Positions 44,301 through 55,865 of a stretch of 64,000 nucleotides of DNA are shown piece by piece. Below the pieces are notes generated by a model, which saw nothing but the letters and a program-made list of their open reading frames with translations, was not told the origin of the DNA and ran no database searches. Source of the stretch: Macrostomum lignano. Lineage: Eukaryota. Position 1 is the first letter of the stretch. Every line of letters starts with the position of its first letter. The stretch spans positions 62,001-126,000 of the forward strand of contig NIVC01000957.1 of assembly GCA_002269645.1 (NCBI GenBank). The letters run 5' to 3'. Made by a program: the position numbers and the translations under genes.

Positions 44301-45623
44301 GCTACAGCAGTCGAAAAGTACGTCGCCAAGTGCAAATCCTGTTTAGAAAGTAAATCAAGAAAGCGATACAAGGCACCAGTGCAGAATTTTCCTATTGTCG
44401 AACCGTTTTCACGCCTTCACATTGATTTGATAGGTCCGATTAGTCAGACTAGCAAATCTGGTAACAAATATGTCTTGTCAGTTGTTGACAGTACTAGCAA
44501 ATTTCCATTTGCGTTTGCAATTAAAAATCAGAAGGCGAAGACAGTAATTAAAATTCTGCAGGAGCGAGTTTTCGCCGACTTTGGAATACCTCAGTGGATT
44601 CACACAGATCAGGGAACACAATTTACAGGGAAAGCATTTAGGAAGTTTCTAGACCTCTATGGGATTAGGCACACTAGGACAACAAGCTATCATCCACAAA
44701 GCAATGGGCTAGTAGAGAATTTAAACAAACAAATTAAGTCAATTCTTACCTGTTTGCTCGAGAAAGAACATGCGAACTGAGATGTTCTATTGCCCGGTTG
44801 TATAACCGCATTGCGCACCAGCACGCATACAGCCACAGGTTTCAGCCCGCATTATCTTGTGTTTGGAAGAGAGGCCCGGATGCCGAGTGACAATGTGTTC
44901 CAGCAGCCAAAGGCGTTCGCCGATCTGCCTGCTTACGTTCAAGAGCACTTGACTCACCTGCAAGAGGGGCAAGAACTCGCCAAACGGCGGCTCAAATTAA
45001 TACAACGTAAGCGTGAGCAGCACTATTCTAACAAACCTAAACAACCAGACTTACCTATAGGGAGCTTAGTTTTCATTAACAACCCAGTCATCACACAGAC
45101 AGAAGCCAACAAGTTCCACAGGAAGAGAAGAGCAGTCTACGAGATCATAGAACAGTTATCAGAAGTAGTCTACAGGATTAGATTATTAAACAAAAATACT
45201 AAGGCTAGGAAAGAGGAATTAGTTATGCATAGGGATAATTTACTACCACTACCAACAGCCGATTATGTTAATGAAGAAGAAAAGCCAGAAAGCAGTTGTG
45301 CCAGGCGACCGAAACTTCGAGAAGATGTACCGCTTAATCCGATGTACGACGCAGCCGACAGTGAGAGTGAGCATGAAGACGAAGTGCAGTTTGTGCCAGT
45401 GCAAATTCAAAATAATGTTCCAGTGCCAGTGCAGGTTATGCCAGTGCAGGATATACCAGTGCAAGATATGCCAGTACAAAATAACGAACAGCCAGTAGTC
45501 GAAAATAGACCAGTTAGAGATAGACGGGAGCCGAATAGATTAGTAATAAACCCAGGCCGGAAGAGCTATGTGAAGAAGGTAACGGAGTTGTTTAACCCCT
45601 ACCTGCTCTTCCAGCTCGAATAA
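41352..45623 (+). pseudogene. Gypsy 2 pol (protease, RT, RNase H, integrase), fragmented
   Basis: LLDTGS, YLDDVIV, TDASD, HDSPLAGHLG...CKSC, HIDLIGP, TDQGTQF, NGLVE. Breaks near 43166, 43960 and 44130, and a TGA at 44778 in place of a Trp codon. Confidence 0.93.
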
Positions 45624-45627
45624 CATT

Positions 45628-46419
45628 ATGGCAGACGCCCCCGAGCGCGTATACCCAGTTAAGTCTATTTACTCTGGAAGAAAGAGACGGAGAAACGACT
45701 CCGACGAGAATGAGCCGCCGAGGGTTCGCTCGGCGAGGGTCATCGAAGAGACGGATAAGATCAAGAAGGACCACCCACGTGAAGAAGGTGAAGGCAAATT
45801 GACAATAGATTTGGGAGGCGCAGACCTGGAAGAGGCAACCCGAAGGCGTGAAGAAGAGTTAAGAAAAGAGCAGGAGGAGTTCATGGAGGCATTATTAGGG
45901 GTGGAGCTGCCAGAAATCGAGGAACTGCCCAGCCCCATTGCCGAAGCTCCGACACCGGAGGTACCGCCACAGAAGCAGGTGCCAGCACCCGATACCGAAG
46001 AGACCCTCCTAAATGTTGCCAATCTCTTCCAAGAGGAGCCACCGCAGCTGCAGCGTGCTAACGAACAGACCGGTGCAAGCACCAAGGAGTTTAGACGGAA
46101 CACAAAGGCAATTAAAAAGTGGTTACTACGTACAGGAGAATCTGGCATTTACGACCCCACGGTGCCGCCGGAGTGTTCTCGTTTCCTGGCCAAGGCTACA
46201 GCTGCACAAAAGGTCCAAAGCCTAGAGATCGCTTGTACGTACACCCTGCAGTACGCAGAGGAGAGAGCAAAAGGGCCAATCTCACCCTACCAGGTGAGTA
46301 ATCATCTTATCGCCCTAACGGAACTATTTGACCCAGAACAACGGAGGACGCCGGCAGCCGGGCTACTCTACCAGTGCTCTCAGCGCGCGCCAACTTGCCG
46401 ACCGGTAGGACAACTTTAG
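45628..46419 (+). CDS. Additional 263-aa ORF downstream of Gypsy 2 pol, unknown function
   Basis: Starts 4 nt after the pol stop. Basic RKRRR stretch followed by an acidic region. No obvious signal peptide or transmembrane segment. Confidence 0.55.
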   Translation: MADAPERVYPVKSIYSGRKRRRNDSDENEPPRVRSARVIEETDKIKKDHPREEGEGKLTIDLGGADLEEATRRREEELRKEQEEFMEALLGVELPEIEELPSPIAEAPTPEVPPQKQVPAPDTEETLLNVANLFQEEPPQLQRANEQTGASTKEFRRNTKAIKKWLLRTGESGIYDPTVPPECSRFLAKATAAQKVQSLEIACTYTLQYAEERAKGPISPYQVSNHLIALTELFDPEQRRTPAAGLLYQCSQRAPTCRPVGQL

Positions 46420-47799
46420 TAACTGGTATAATAACTAGAATTAACATTTCAGTTTTAGTAATTTTTCTACACAATTAAAAAGCTTTAATTTTTTTTCTTT
46501 TCGATGTTGTATGCATTTTTTCTACACAGTGCCATAGTGCCATTTATTTTCTTTTTTTCAAATTATTGCACCGCTTCTTTGCCTTACATATATATTTATA
46601 TATCTAAATTAGTAGTAGTTCATTCAGGAAAAGACAGCCTATATGCTTAGTATTTGCTTATTATTAGTCATGCTCTGCTCAACCATTATGTTATTAATCA
46701 TCGCTCAAATTTATTGCTCATTAATCATTGCTTAATATTGTTATGTATTGCTTAATTATTATTACTTATTGCTCATTAATCATCGCTTAATATTGTTATG
46801 CTAAATTATTATTACTTATTGCTCATTAATCATTGCTCAATATTATTGCTCAATTATTATTTGAAATAAACCCGATAATAACTAAATACGCAAAGGGGGT
46901 TTGCACATTTTTTTAGCGGGGGGTAAGTGTAGCAGGGGGTTTAGTTTCAAGCAGTTTTGCTAAGGCGTTTGCCAAAGGTTCTGATTCGCCAAGTCAATTT
47001 ATTTTAGCTTTTCAAAATCGAGAATAAGCACTTTTGCTTTTACACTACTGATAGTAGTTCACCCTCGGGAAAGTAGTCGAAGTTGTGGGAATTCGAGTAT
47101 TAGCGGGTTCCTCTATTAGTAAAAGGCTGTTTAGCCTCGGGAAAAGCATCCGTTCAGGACCGTCCACCAGGACAATATTTATAGAGACAAAATTCTCAAT
47201 CTAAAGCAAAAAATAAGGGAGTCTCCCCTCCAAGAAAATAAATACAGAAATCTTGAAAGAAATCAAGGGTAAGATAAGTAAGGGATAAAAAAATTCTAAG
47301 GGGTAACATAGGGAGGCTAAGAAGGAGTCTACCACTTAGTCACAACGGAGTCTACCGAGAATAGGATTATATATAAATCAAGTAACATAGGAAAAGACTA
47401 AAGGAGTCTACCATTGGTCTAAATAAGAAATCGGAGTCTACCGAAGTGCTAACATAGGGATTAATTGTGTACTTTCTTTGCATATTTGGTTTAATAATAT
47501 TTCTTTTGTTTGTTTAATCTAAATAATCTTATATGAAATTGACTCTTGTCTCACTTATTTTAATTTAACATTAATTATAAGGGGCATTAGTCTGGTGGCA
47601 GCGACCTACCAAATAAAAGAACGTAATAGCAGATTAGTGGAGCAAAGTAACCTAGATCGTAACAACTATTCATTCACTTTAAGGTAGCTTGGAAATCTTC
47701 CAGCTTAATCTAAGCCCGGAGTCTCTCGAGCTGAGATTAATCAAATTAAAAAGAAACCAGTAAACCAGTAGCCTAAACCGCAGCACGCGCCCATATCAT

Positions 47800-49118
47800 A
47801 ATGGATTTTGTAACGTGTCTTGTTGTTTAGATTATGTGTTAGTTTCTCTGTATGTTCTTTTTCTGTTCCTGACAGGTGCCAAGTTCCATTGGGAGTTTCG
47901 ATTATTTTCAGGCATTTGATGTTCTCTGGGAAGGGTGGAAAGTCAGAGAAATAGTCGTGAAGCTCTGGTGGAATGTAAACATCAACTTCATAAATGGCAG
48001 CCAATGAAAAGTCCCACTTTAGTTCTGATGAGGGTAGCCATCGAAAATCTCTAACTGGAAGATCTTGACTCATCGCCCACCCGTAGAGATTATTAGCATC
48101 CAAGTAAGTAATGTAATTTGAGGGCTGCTCCTTATTGTAAGATTCAATGTAGGGATTGTTTGCTTTTGCATACCTGTTAACGCAAATTGAGATCCCCCCT
48201 CGCTTTGACGATTCGACAAAATTGTACATGTCAATGTCTGTAAAAAGTTCAATGTACCAATCTGGATCTTGATCCCATTTCATTTTAAGCAAAGATTCCC
48301 AGCTAGTGGCAGGCAGAGACACATAATGTGCTGGATCGAGGCCATATGCTGTGTACCAGGTGTATCTGAAGGTTTCAAACACATCGGCCAGCAGAAACAC
48401 ATCTGTGAAGAGGTATAAAGCAGGTGATACTGGAAGAAGTTTTGACAATTAAAGTAACTATTGTTAGTTCCTCTAAGTTATTAAGTTCCCTTCTTTTCAC
48501 ATTCGATGAGATAGTAGTTGAAATAATTTTGATAATTTGAGGTTCTTTCGGGGTGGTGAGGGACACTATCGTGAAGAAGTGCAGAAAGAACTGCCCATAG
48601 AGCACAGCAATTGTCTTTATTTTTAACATTTATGCAAGCTTTTTTGCCAGCTAGCTTATGCGGGATCTCTATATAAGAGGAGGCTTTAAGTGGGTCATAT
48701 TTCATGACCATGACAGTCGCTCTTTGAATCCCTCCTACGACCCATCCGGAACCTCTGGATGTAAACGCTTCAATTTTCTTAGTGACATCTTGAAGGAAAG
48801 GATCCAGTGTGTCTGTTGGGGTGAATGGCTTCGCCTTTGTTGTCATGTAATACTCGAGATGCTCTGTGGGTTTTGCAGGCATATAAAACGCAATCTTGAA
48901 TGATATCTGTAGTTTAAAGGTCTTGCGTGTTTTGAGTGTGTGGTGTGATCAACAACTGATTGGATGCTGTCTTTATAGTCGTAGATGTTTGCGGTGGTGC
49001 CGTTGGTGTCAGTAATTTGGTTGGTGCCGTTGGTGTCGTTAATTGGGATTGTGTACTCTATGTAATGTTCTGTAAACTTCCTCTGTGCAAAATTAATCTC
49101 TTCAGTGGCAAGCTCCAA
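47800..49118 (-). pseudogene. pPolB, copy C, with an internal deletion (N-terminus joined to the polymerase core)
   Basis: Core motifs DVFLLADVFETFR, YGLDPAHY, SKRGGISIC, YLDANNLYGWAMSQDLP, KLTHNL. The exonuclease region is missing between ~48450 and 48490, and the frame is truncated at IHY near 47800. Confidence 0.9.
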
Positions 49119-49561
49119 CTCTTTTAATGGACTAATTGCTCTAATTTCTCTTGTTCCTGCTTATTTTGTGGGTACTTTGCTTATTCACCAGTGAGAGTTT
49201 CGTATTTGTTAACTAAGTTGCGACTCCTCTCTTGGTGTTCCTTTGCAGGATTTTTTTAGGCGCATACTGGTTGGATTCTAATTGATTGATGATTTCCAAC
49301 TGTTTTTCATAGCTTCCCAGGTGACCAGGGTCGGTGTTAAACTTTTGCTTGCATGCTTCTCTTAGTGAATTACTTTTGTCTTGAAATGAGACGCCTTTTG
49401 AAAAATATTTGTTGACCAAATCTTTTGCTGGATTGGCTTTTGGCATTTTTTCTCTAAAATAAAAAAATTTTTTGAGGGTTACCACCCTGATAGATAAGTT
49501 TAACTGTTTCTACATCCTATAAGTAGCGTTAGGTTTATGAAGCTGGATAAAGTGGGGTTTT

Positions 49562-49697
49562 AAACCTCATCACATGCGCATTATTGTAAACCCAGCATTG
49601 TGCAGTGTCATGATGGCTTTGACAATGTCAAACCTCATCACATGCGCATTATTGTAAACCCAGCATTGTGCAGTGTCATGATGGCTTTGACAATGTC
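49562..49697. repeat. 68-bp tandem duplication of the 3' end of the membrane-active gene, specific to copy C
   Basis: AAACCTCATCACATGCGC...GACAATGTC occurs twice. There is a single copy in B. Confidence 0.88.
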
Positions 49698-50106
49698 AGA
49701 CTTGCTTACAGAATTTTCATGCTCACAATCATCACGATCATCACAATCAGGGCAGCCCTCTCCTGCCTTAATTGTTATACCTTTGTCTCTTGCAATCTTT
49801 TGCAATTCTAGCTGGTGGGCTCTATCATTACCAGCTTTAACAGCAGTTGCTACACCTCCAGCTACACCACCTGCGGCACTTACAGCGCCTGCAATGATTG
49901 GGATAAGAGCTGCTAATGGTAGGATTCCTCCTGACTTTCATCTGTGATGCTGTGTTTGCTCATTACACTGAACTATTTGCTGCACGGGATCGATTTTTAC
50001 TTTGACACCTTTAATTGATATAAGACCTGGTTTCTTTGATTCAATGATTTTATTGAGTTTATTGATGGTTCTAGTTTCAATCTTTGTCATTTTTTATTTT
50101 AATATT

Positions 50107-51102
50107 TTAATTAATTTCTATGTCGGCTGGTATCACTAGGAGTTCAGCTCTAGTGAATGACCGCGTGGGGGATTTAGGGTTAAAGGCCTGAGATAAAAAG
50201 TAATAATCTCCAGAGTCGGAGGCAAAATGTCTGTCTATTTTATGTACATCAAGGCTGAAGTATGGATCTGTAGCTCTTCTTTTAGTGTCCTTCTCTAGCT
50301 CTCCAGGTAGATATAAAAAGCGTAGAAACTCAGAGTTTGTCAGTATGTATGGTGATTCAACTCCTGGAAGCCTAGGGTAGTTCGAGGTGTCTGTTTTATG
50401 AGATGTCTTAAGTTCGACAGTGTCTTGTTTAATTGCATGGGACGGTTTCAATCCAGTCATGCGTGTGACTTCATTGTTCAGTTGCTCTATAACAGTGGGG
50501 AGGCGGTCTGTCCACTTGGTATAGAATTGGCCACTTTTTAGTTTCAGCTCTTCAGCTGTCTGCTTAGTGAATAGTCTCTTGGCTAGAGTTAGATTGAATC
50601 TTTCCACAAAAGCCTGGTCACTGGGCAGCTTAGTTCTTCCGTAGCGAATCTCTGTATTTTTCTTTTCCATAAGGGATTTGACTGCCCCATAGAATTCTTT
50701 ACCCGGGTCGGTCATAAAGATTTCAGGGTAACTAAGGGGTGAGTTTTTATAAATATCTTGGAGTGCGGCTGCAACTGCTTCTGACTTCTTCGTCTTAAGC
50801 GGTCTCGCTTCCTTATATCTGGAGGCAATGTCTATAATTGTGAGAGCATACTTGTAGCCTGAGTCATTGAGGAGAAACAAAAAGTCTGCTTGTTGTGCCT
50901 CGTTAGGTTTATAGATGTTAAAGTGAGGTCTTGTAAATTGAACAGGTGGGAAAAAGACTTGGTAGACTGCTTGGTTGGAGAGCCACTTTTCTACTGTAGC
51001 TTCTGGTTCCTAACTTAGTTCTGCGAGTTTGGTGACTGCAGTTTTTCCTACAAAGAATCCTTTGTCGCTGTAGTAGAGTTTTTTTAGTTTCTGATCTGTC
51101 AT
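50107..51102 (-). pseudogene. Polinton rve integrase, copy C
   Basis: Same DDE motifs as B. TAG at 51010-51012 where B has AAG. Confidence 0.9.
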
Positions 51103-51125
51103 CAAAGAAAATTTTAAATAAAATA

Positions 51126-51407
51126 ATGCAACGCTCTGGTGGTAAGTTAGATTCACATGGACTGATAGAAAAGCTTCCTCATCCAAACAAAGGCTGGACA
51201 GTTCTCGGGTACAAATATTGCGGGCCTTTGAATCCACTTGAAATTCAGTTAGATAAAAACAATAACCCAAATCCCGGACATGAGCCTGTGAACGAGCTAG
51301 ACTCTGTCTGCATGTGGCATGACGTTCAATATAGAGATTTTCCTGAGGAGAAGAATCGCTGGGACAAAGAAATGCTTAGGAGATTAGACAATATGGTCTA
51401 TTGCTAG
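51126..51407 (+). pseudogene. PLA2 gene, copy C, truncated by a small internal deletion
   Basis: Nearly identical to the B protein up to ..RLDN, then out of frame. Confidence 0.85.
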
Positions 51408-52068
51408 GAAATTAGATAAAAGCTGTTATTTTTGGTAAGACAAAGTTGGGGTTGGGAATTGACTCCGGGGGTGGGTGCACGGGGAGAGAGGGCTGGTGCA
51501 CGAGGAGAGAGGGCGGAGGCTCGGGAGCAGGGTTTATTTTGTGCGCTCCTAACAAGGAATTGGGAAGACTTTTGAAAGATATGGGGGTAGAGAGAGCGCG
51601 CGTGGGGGGGAGAGAGATTTTCACTTTAACTGAGCCCAGCCGAGGAAGAATTCCGTCTCGAGGGAAGGATAGAATGCAAAGGATTTCGGCCTCGCGCAAG
51701 GCCAGAATGCAAACGATTTTGGCATCGGGTGAAGGCCAAAATGAAAAGGATTTTGGCCTCGAGTGAAGGCCAGAATGAAAAGGATTTTGGCCTTTCAGTT
51801 TTTTTGGCTGCATACTATTAATTATAAGTCCTGTAACTTAAGTGAAAATACCGCTACCTTTCGCCCTTAGATTATGTTGATTTTTTGGCTGTCCTAGGGA
51901 GGGGAGGGGTGGTAGACTGATGTTATCCCCTTAGATGATTGGTTGTAAGCATTGCATTGGGATAGCTAATTTTAAATGTAAGAGCATTATGTATAGATAG
52001 ATTTTACTAGATGTTGATCTGTGGGGGATTTATTCTCTTTTGTCCCAGAACTTCCCTCATGACAACTA

Positions 52069-52341
52069 CTAAGTTTCGACTTGAGATTTTGAACGCAATT
52101 GTCTAATGATTTCTGCAAAGTTATAGTAGCTGTCGTAATCTTTTACGTAGGTTACTCCATACTTATGAAACCAGTGTCTTTGGAAAGCTAGATTAATATT
52201 AGGAACATTGATATCAACGCCGGCAACGCCGGGCCAATATTTTCTCATATACTCGCTGCATTCAAGTTTGCATCGGTACTTGGATTTGTACAATGGATGA
52301 GGCTGAGTATAATAAGAACCTGGAGAGACAACTGGAAACAT
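52069..52341 (-). CDS. Subterminal small ORF, copy C (intact empty site for the YR element)
   Basis: 90 aa. Contains GTACCGATGCAAACTTG on the minus strand at ~52264-52280. Confidence 0.55.
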   Translation of the reverse strand: MFPVVSPGSYYTQPHPLYKSKYRCKLECSEYMRKYWPGVAGVDINVPNINLAFQRHWFHKYGVTYVKDYDSYYNFAEIIRQLRSKSQVET

Positions 52342-53220
52342 TTTTATTGAGAATTTAGATTTTTCAAAGGGTAAGGACCCAGGGTTTGGGGATTTAAAGT
52401 CTTTGGGATGCGTTGCGAATTGCGAATTGAATTTGTGGAGAAGAATACAGATTATTTTCAGATTGTTTCTGGGTGGATGTTAGTGGATTATGCTCTGATA
52501 GTATGGATGGATTTAGGATGGATGACGTTTTTTAAGCGAGTAGGACACTTGTTATGCACTGATTCTGTCGGGGATAATATGGATGGATTTAATGGGATTA
52601 TGAAGGACGTTTTCGGAGTAAGTGCGACCCTGTTTTTTTCTTCAGGGATAATATGGATGGATTTAGGTGGATTGTGTTCGAAGTTTTCGGAGCGAGTGCG
52701 ACCCCCTTTTTTCTGATTCTGTCAGGGATATTATGGATAGATTTAATGAGATTATGGGGGACGTGAAAAATTTTGTCACAAAAGCCCCCTCATGCATTCT
52801 ACTTCGACATCTACTAAGATCTATTCATACACAATGCGCTGACATCTAAAATCAACTTTCACAGTGCAACCTACAACTGTCTATCTTAAGGCGATAAAGT
52901 AGACAACAAACAAAAATCCTAATTTCTTTCTTTTTTTGCAATTACCATAATCGATTTTAGCTAGCATGATTTTGCAAATTTTTAGCCACGTCTGAACTGA
53001 ACTGCGCATAACCAAGGCTCAGCAACCACTACCACCTCAAACCCTACATGTGTGGTTAAAACTCCGCAGTGAAAACACAACTGCCTGGGCACGGTGTGCA
53101 GCATTGGCTCTTGTGGGGTGAGCTTATTGGCTAAGAGATTAAAGGCGAACGGAAAAACGGTTTTTAAGTAAAGGCGGAAGCCTTCCAGCCGTCTGCACTC
53201 AATTGCTATTAGAAAACGCA

Positions 53221-53855
53221 ATGGCTGAAAGAATTACAGTTAGAACCGCTCGACTTAACGCATTTGAGAACGATTTGATTAATTTAATACCTTTAGAGCA
53301 GAGAAATGGACTCCAAAATTTGTTTGAAAATTTCAAAGAGGAAATACAACATGATTTGGCTCGCATGGAAGGACAAACCCAACGCGATATTTCCGCCTAC
53401 GAAGCACGAGTAGCTGCTGTTTTCCAGCGCCTTCGTGCTTCGTATGAAGTCGAAGTTCAAGCGCCAACAAGGGAGCTATCAGTGATCGAGGAAAGTATGC
53501 GCGCGTTGAACTTTTGTCATCTACCCACTGTTCTACCCACTGCACAGAACATGCTGGTGGAATTATTTCAGCATGAGACTTTTTACGATAAGCGCACATT
53601 AATTGTGTCTTTTACATCAGCTCCATCATTCAACGACTCAAACGTACACTAAAGTCGGTTCGGAATATAATTCGACGGCTTAATCTACAAGTATCGAGGC
53701 AGACTTTGGACAAGAAGTTGAGAGTGTACGACTTATTGACAGAATTTCCGGCCCTACAGCGCTGCGCCGTACCAGTTAGCTTCGTTCTGGAAAATATGAA
53801 GCTCATTCGGGACGAGGTGCGCTACCAGGCGGATGCGGCGACGTGGAGACAGTGA
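53221..53855 (+). pseudogene. Family X, copy 3 (frameshift near 53590)
   Basis: The second frame reads ...RLNLQVSRQTLDKKLRVYDLLTEFPALQRCAVPVSFVLENMKLIRDEVRY...W*, matching the C-terminal pattern of the other two copies. Confidence 0.55.
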
Positions 53856-54045
53856 CTCGCATTAGCAGTCGAGTTATTTTTAGTAACAAGTCATTTCCCC
53901 TCTCTCTGTATAATCTTATCAACCAATGAGAACGCTTAGAATGGCTACCTGTGGGGCCATTTCACACGCCTCATGTTCTATTGTACACTGAGCTACACTG
54001 AGGGGTGAGAACTGAAGTCTCACCGGGGTGAGACTTCTCTGTACA

Positions 54046-54690
54046 GAGCTATATTAATATTAGGGACATTGATATTAACGCCAGGCCAATATTTTCTCAT
54101 GTACTCGCTGCATCCTAGTTTCCATCGGTACTTACTCTTGTAATTAGGCTCGTGCGCTTTGTAATAAGAACCTGGAGACGATTGGAAGCATTTTTAGAGA
54201 AAATTTAATTTTTTTTAAAAGGGTAAGGACCCTGCGCTGATGATTTAAAGTCTTAGGGATCTGATTTCGCGTTGCGAATTGAATGTGGGGAGAATGCAGA
54301 TTTTTTCTGATTGTTTCGAAGATGCTATGGGTGGATGTCAGTGGATTATGTAGGAAACCTGTTATGCTCTGATTCTGTCAGGGATAATATGGATGGATTT
54401 AGGATTATGTTCGAAGTTTTTGGAGCAAGTGTGACCCCTTTTTCTGATTTGGGGATAATATGGATGGATTTAGGATTATGTTCGAAGTTTTCGGAGCAAG
54501 TAGGACACCTGTTATGCTCTGATTCTGTCAGGGATAATATGGATGGATTTAATGGGATTATGGAGGACGTTTTGTGAGCGAGTGCGACCCCCCTTTTTTC
54601 TGATTCTGTCGGGGATAATATGGATAGATTTAATGGAATTATAGAGGACGTTAAAAAATTTGTCCCAGAAGCCCCCTCATGCATTCTACT
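54046..54690 (-). mobile_element. Polinton copy D: terminus, subterminal repeats and part of the small ORF (B-like variant)
   Basis: Ends GCCCCCTCATGCATTCTACT at 54690. Its reverse complement matches 35839-36410. Confidence 0.85.
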
Positions 54691-54749
54691 GTAAAATTAT
54701 CTGTCGTGATTGTTATGCCAGGCTTGTCGTCGTCGTCGTCGTATGAATC

Positions 54750-54848
54750 AGTAGTAGTGTGATATAAGGGGCTGCGCCACACTTATTGCTCGGGCGCAGT
54801 GCGCGCCAGCTTGCTGGATGACTTAGCCCCTTATATCCCACTACTACT
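54750..54848. mobile_element. 99-bp mini-element with AGTAGTAGT-starting terminal inverted repeats
   Basis: AGTAGTAGTGTGATATAAGGGGCT and the reverse complement of 54825-54848 (AGTAGTAGTGGGATATAAGGGGCT) match at 23 of 24 positions. Confidence 0.7.
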
Positions 54849-55690
54849 ACCGGGAGGTCATAGTTGCAAGGTGGTGTGATGAGTATATAAATATATATTG
54901 TGTGAGGGTGTTGAGGGTGAGGGCATGTGGGGGGCATTGGCATGTGGTATATTTCGCAGAACACAGATTTTTCAGAATTTTTATACTTTTAAAAAAGGGG
55001 TTAAAAAAATAGCTATGCGCCAACTCTATTTTTAGTAATACCAGTAATATCACGCAAACAGCGAGTGACTATACTATTTTCCGAAAAACCTGTTCTCGAC
55101 ATCTTTTTTTAGAACTTCCAAATATGATAAATGTTAACCTGAATGTGACACAAGTCTCGCCCTTTTCAATTAAGAAACCCCACCTGTCAAATAAAAAAAT
55201 CCTTCCGTGAACTCATAAAAAACCGGTTTTGAGCTGTTCGACTCAAGGCCGACAATCGGTGTATAAATACAAACGCACAATCCGAGCTGAAATCTCAGAC
55301 TCGGAGCAGCCTCCAAAGATCTTAAAGCTTGCTGGAGCAGCTAAGCGAGGCTACATCTCTGAGGGAGAAGTTAACCAATTGGTGAGCCTTTGTTTGAGTC
55401 TTTGTTATTTGGATTTAATGAGAGCGATTTTATTGCCAGCCGTTACTGATCAATTGATTTAACTGAGTTGATTGAATTTGAGGCCTCCCATTTTCCTAAG
55501 GGATTAGATAGGATCTGCGGACCGATTCCGATACCCTTAGAGGATTATTGAGTGATTGATTTTGGATTATCCTAGATTAACCGATAGGAGCACACGACTC
55601 CGATTCCGTTAGTTCTAGAAGAAGACGCCCTTTTTGGAGGACCTCGCGTTGTTATAGAAGTTGATTTTGTTATTAGGGCGCATCGTTGAT

Positions 55691-55865
55691 ATTGATTTCT
55701 GCACTCGAGAAATATATTGATTTCTGCACTCGAGGAATACATTGATTTCGGCACTCGAGGAATACATTGATTTCTGCACTCGAGGAATACATTGATTTCG
55801 GCACTCGAGGAATACATTTATTTCGGCACTCGAGGAATATATTGAATTCTGCACTCGAGGAAATA
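55691..55865 (+). repeat. 25-bp minisatellite, 7 units
   Basis: ATTGATTT(C/T)(T/G)GCACTCGAGGAATAC-type units repeated head to tail with no spacers. Confidence 0.92.

Larger units (their letters stand above)
41110..47795 (+). mobile_element. Ty3/Gypsy element 2, 5'-truncated (no 5' LTR, only the gag tail), with a probably truncated 3' LTR from 46928
   Basis: QFPQQQ-rich gag tail, pol fragments, an extra ORF, PPT AGCGGGGGGTAAG (46915-46927), then TGTAGC. Confidence 0.85.
47800..52803 (-). mobile_element. Polinton copy C, inverted relative to B
   Basis: Terminus ...CCCCCTCATGCATTCTACT at 52803. Same gene order as B but lacking the family X ORF. Confidence 0.9.

Noticed and set aside
35839-52803. 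Copies B and C as the two giant TIRs of a single Polinton
   Set aside because: Flanks do not form a TSD (CACAAA vs TCGACA), the copies differ in gene content and lesions, and both contain the same internal genes.
55691-55865. CRISPR-like array
   Set aside because: The 25-bp units are contiguous with no unique spacers, the context is eukaryotic and there are no cas genes. The same applies to 33918-34055 and 26346-26490.
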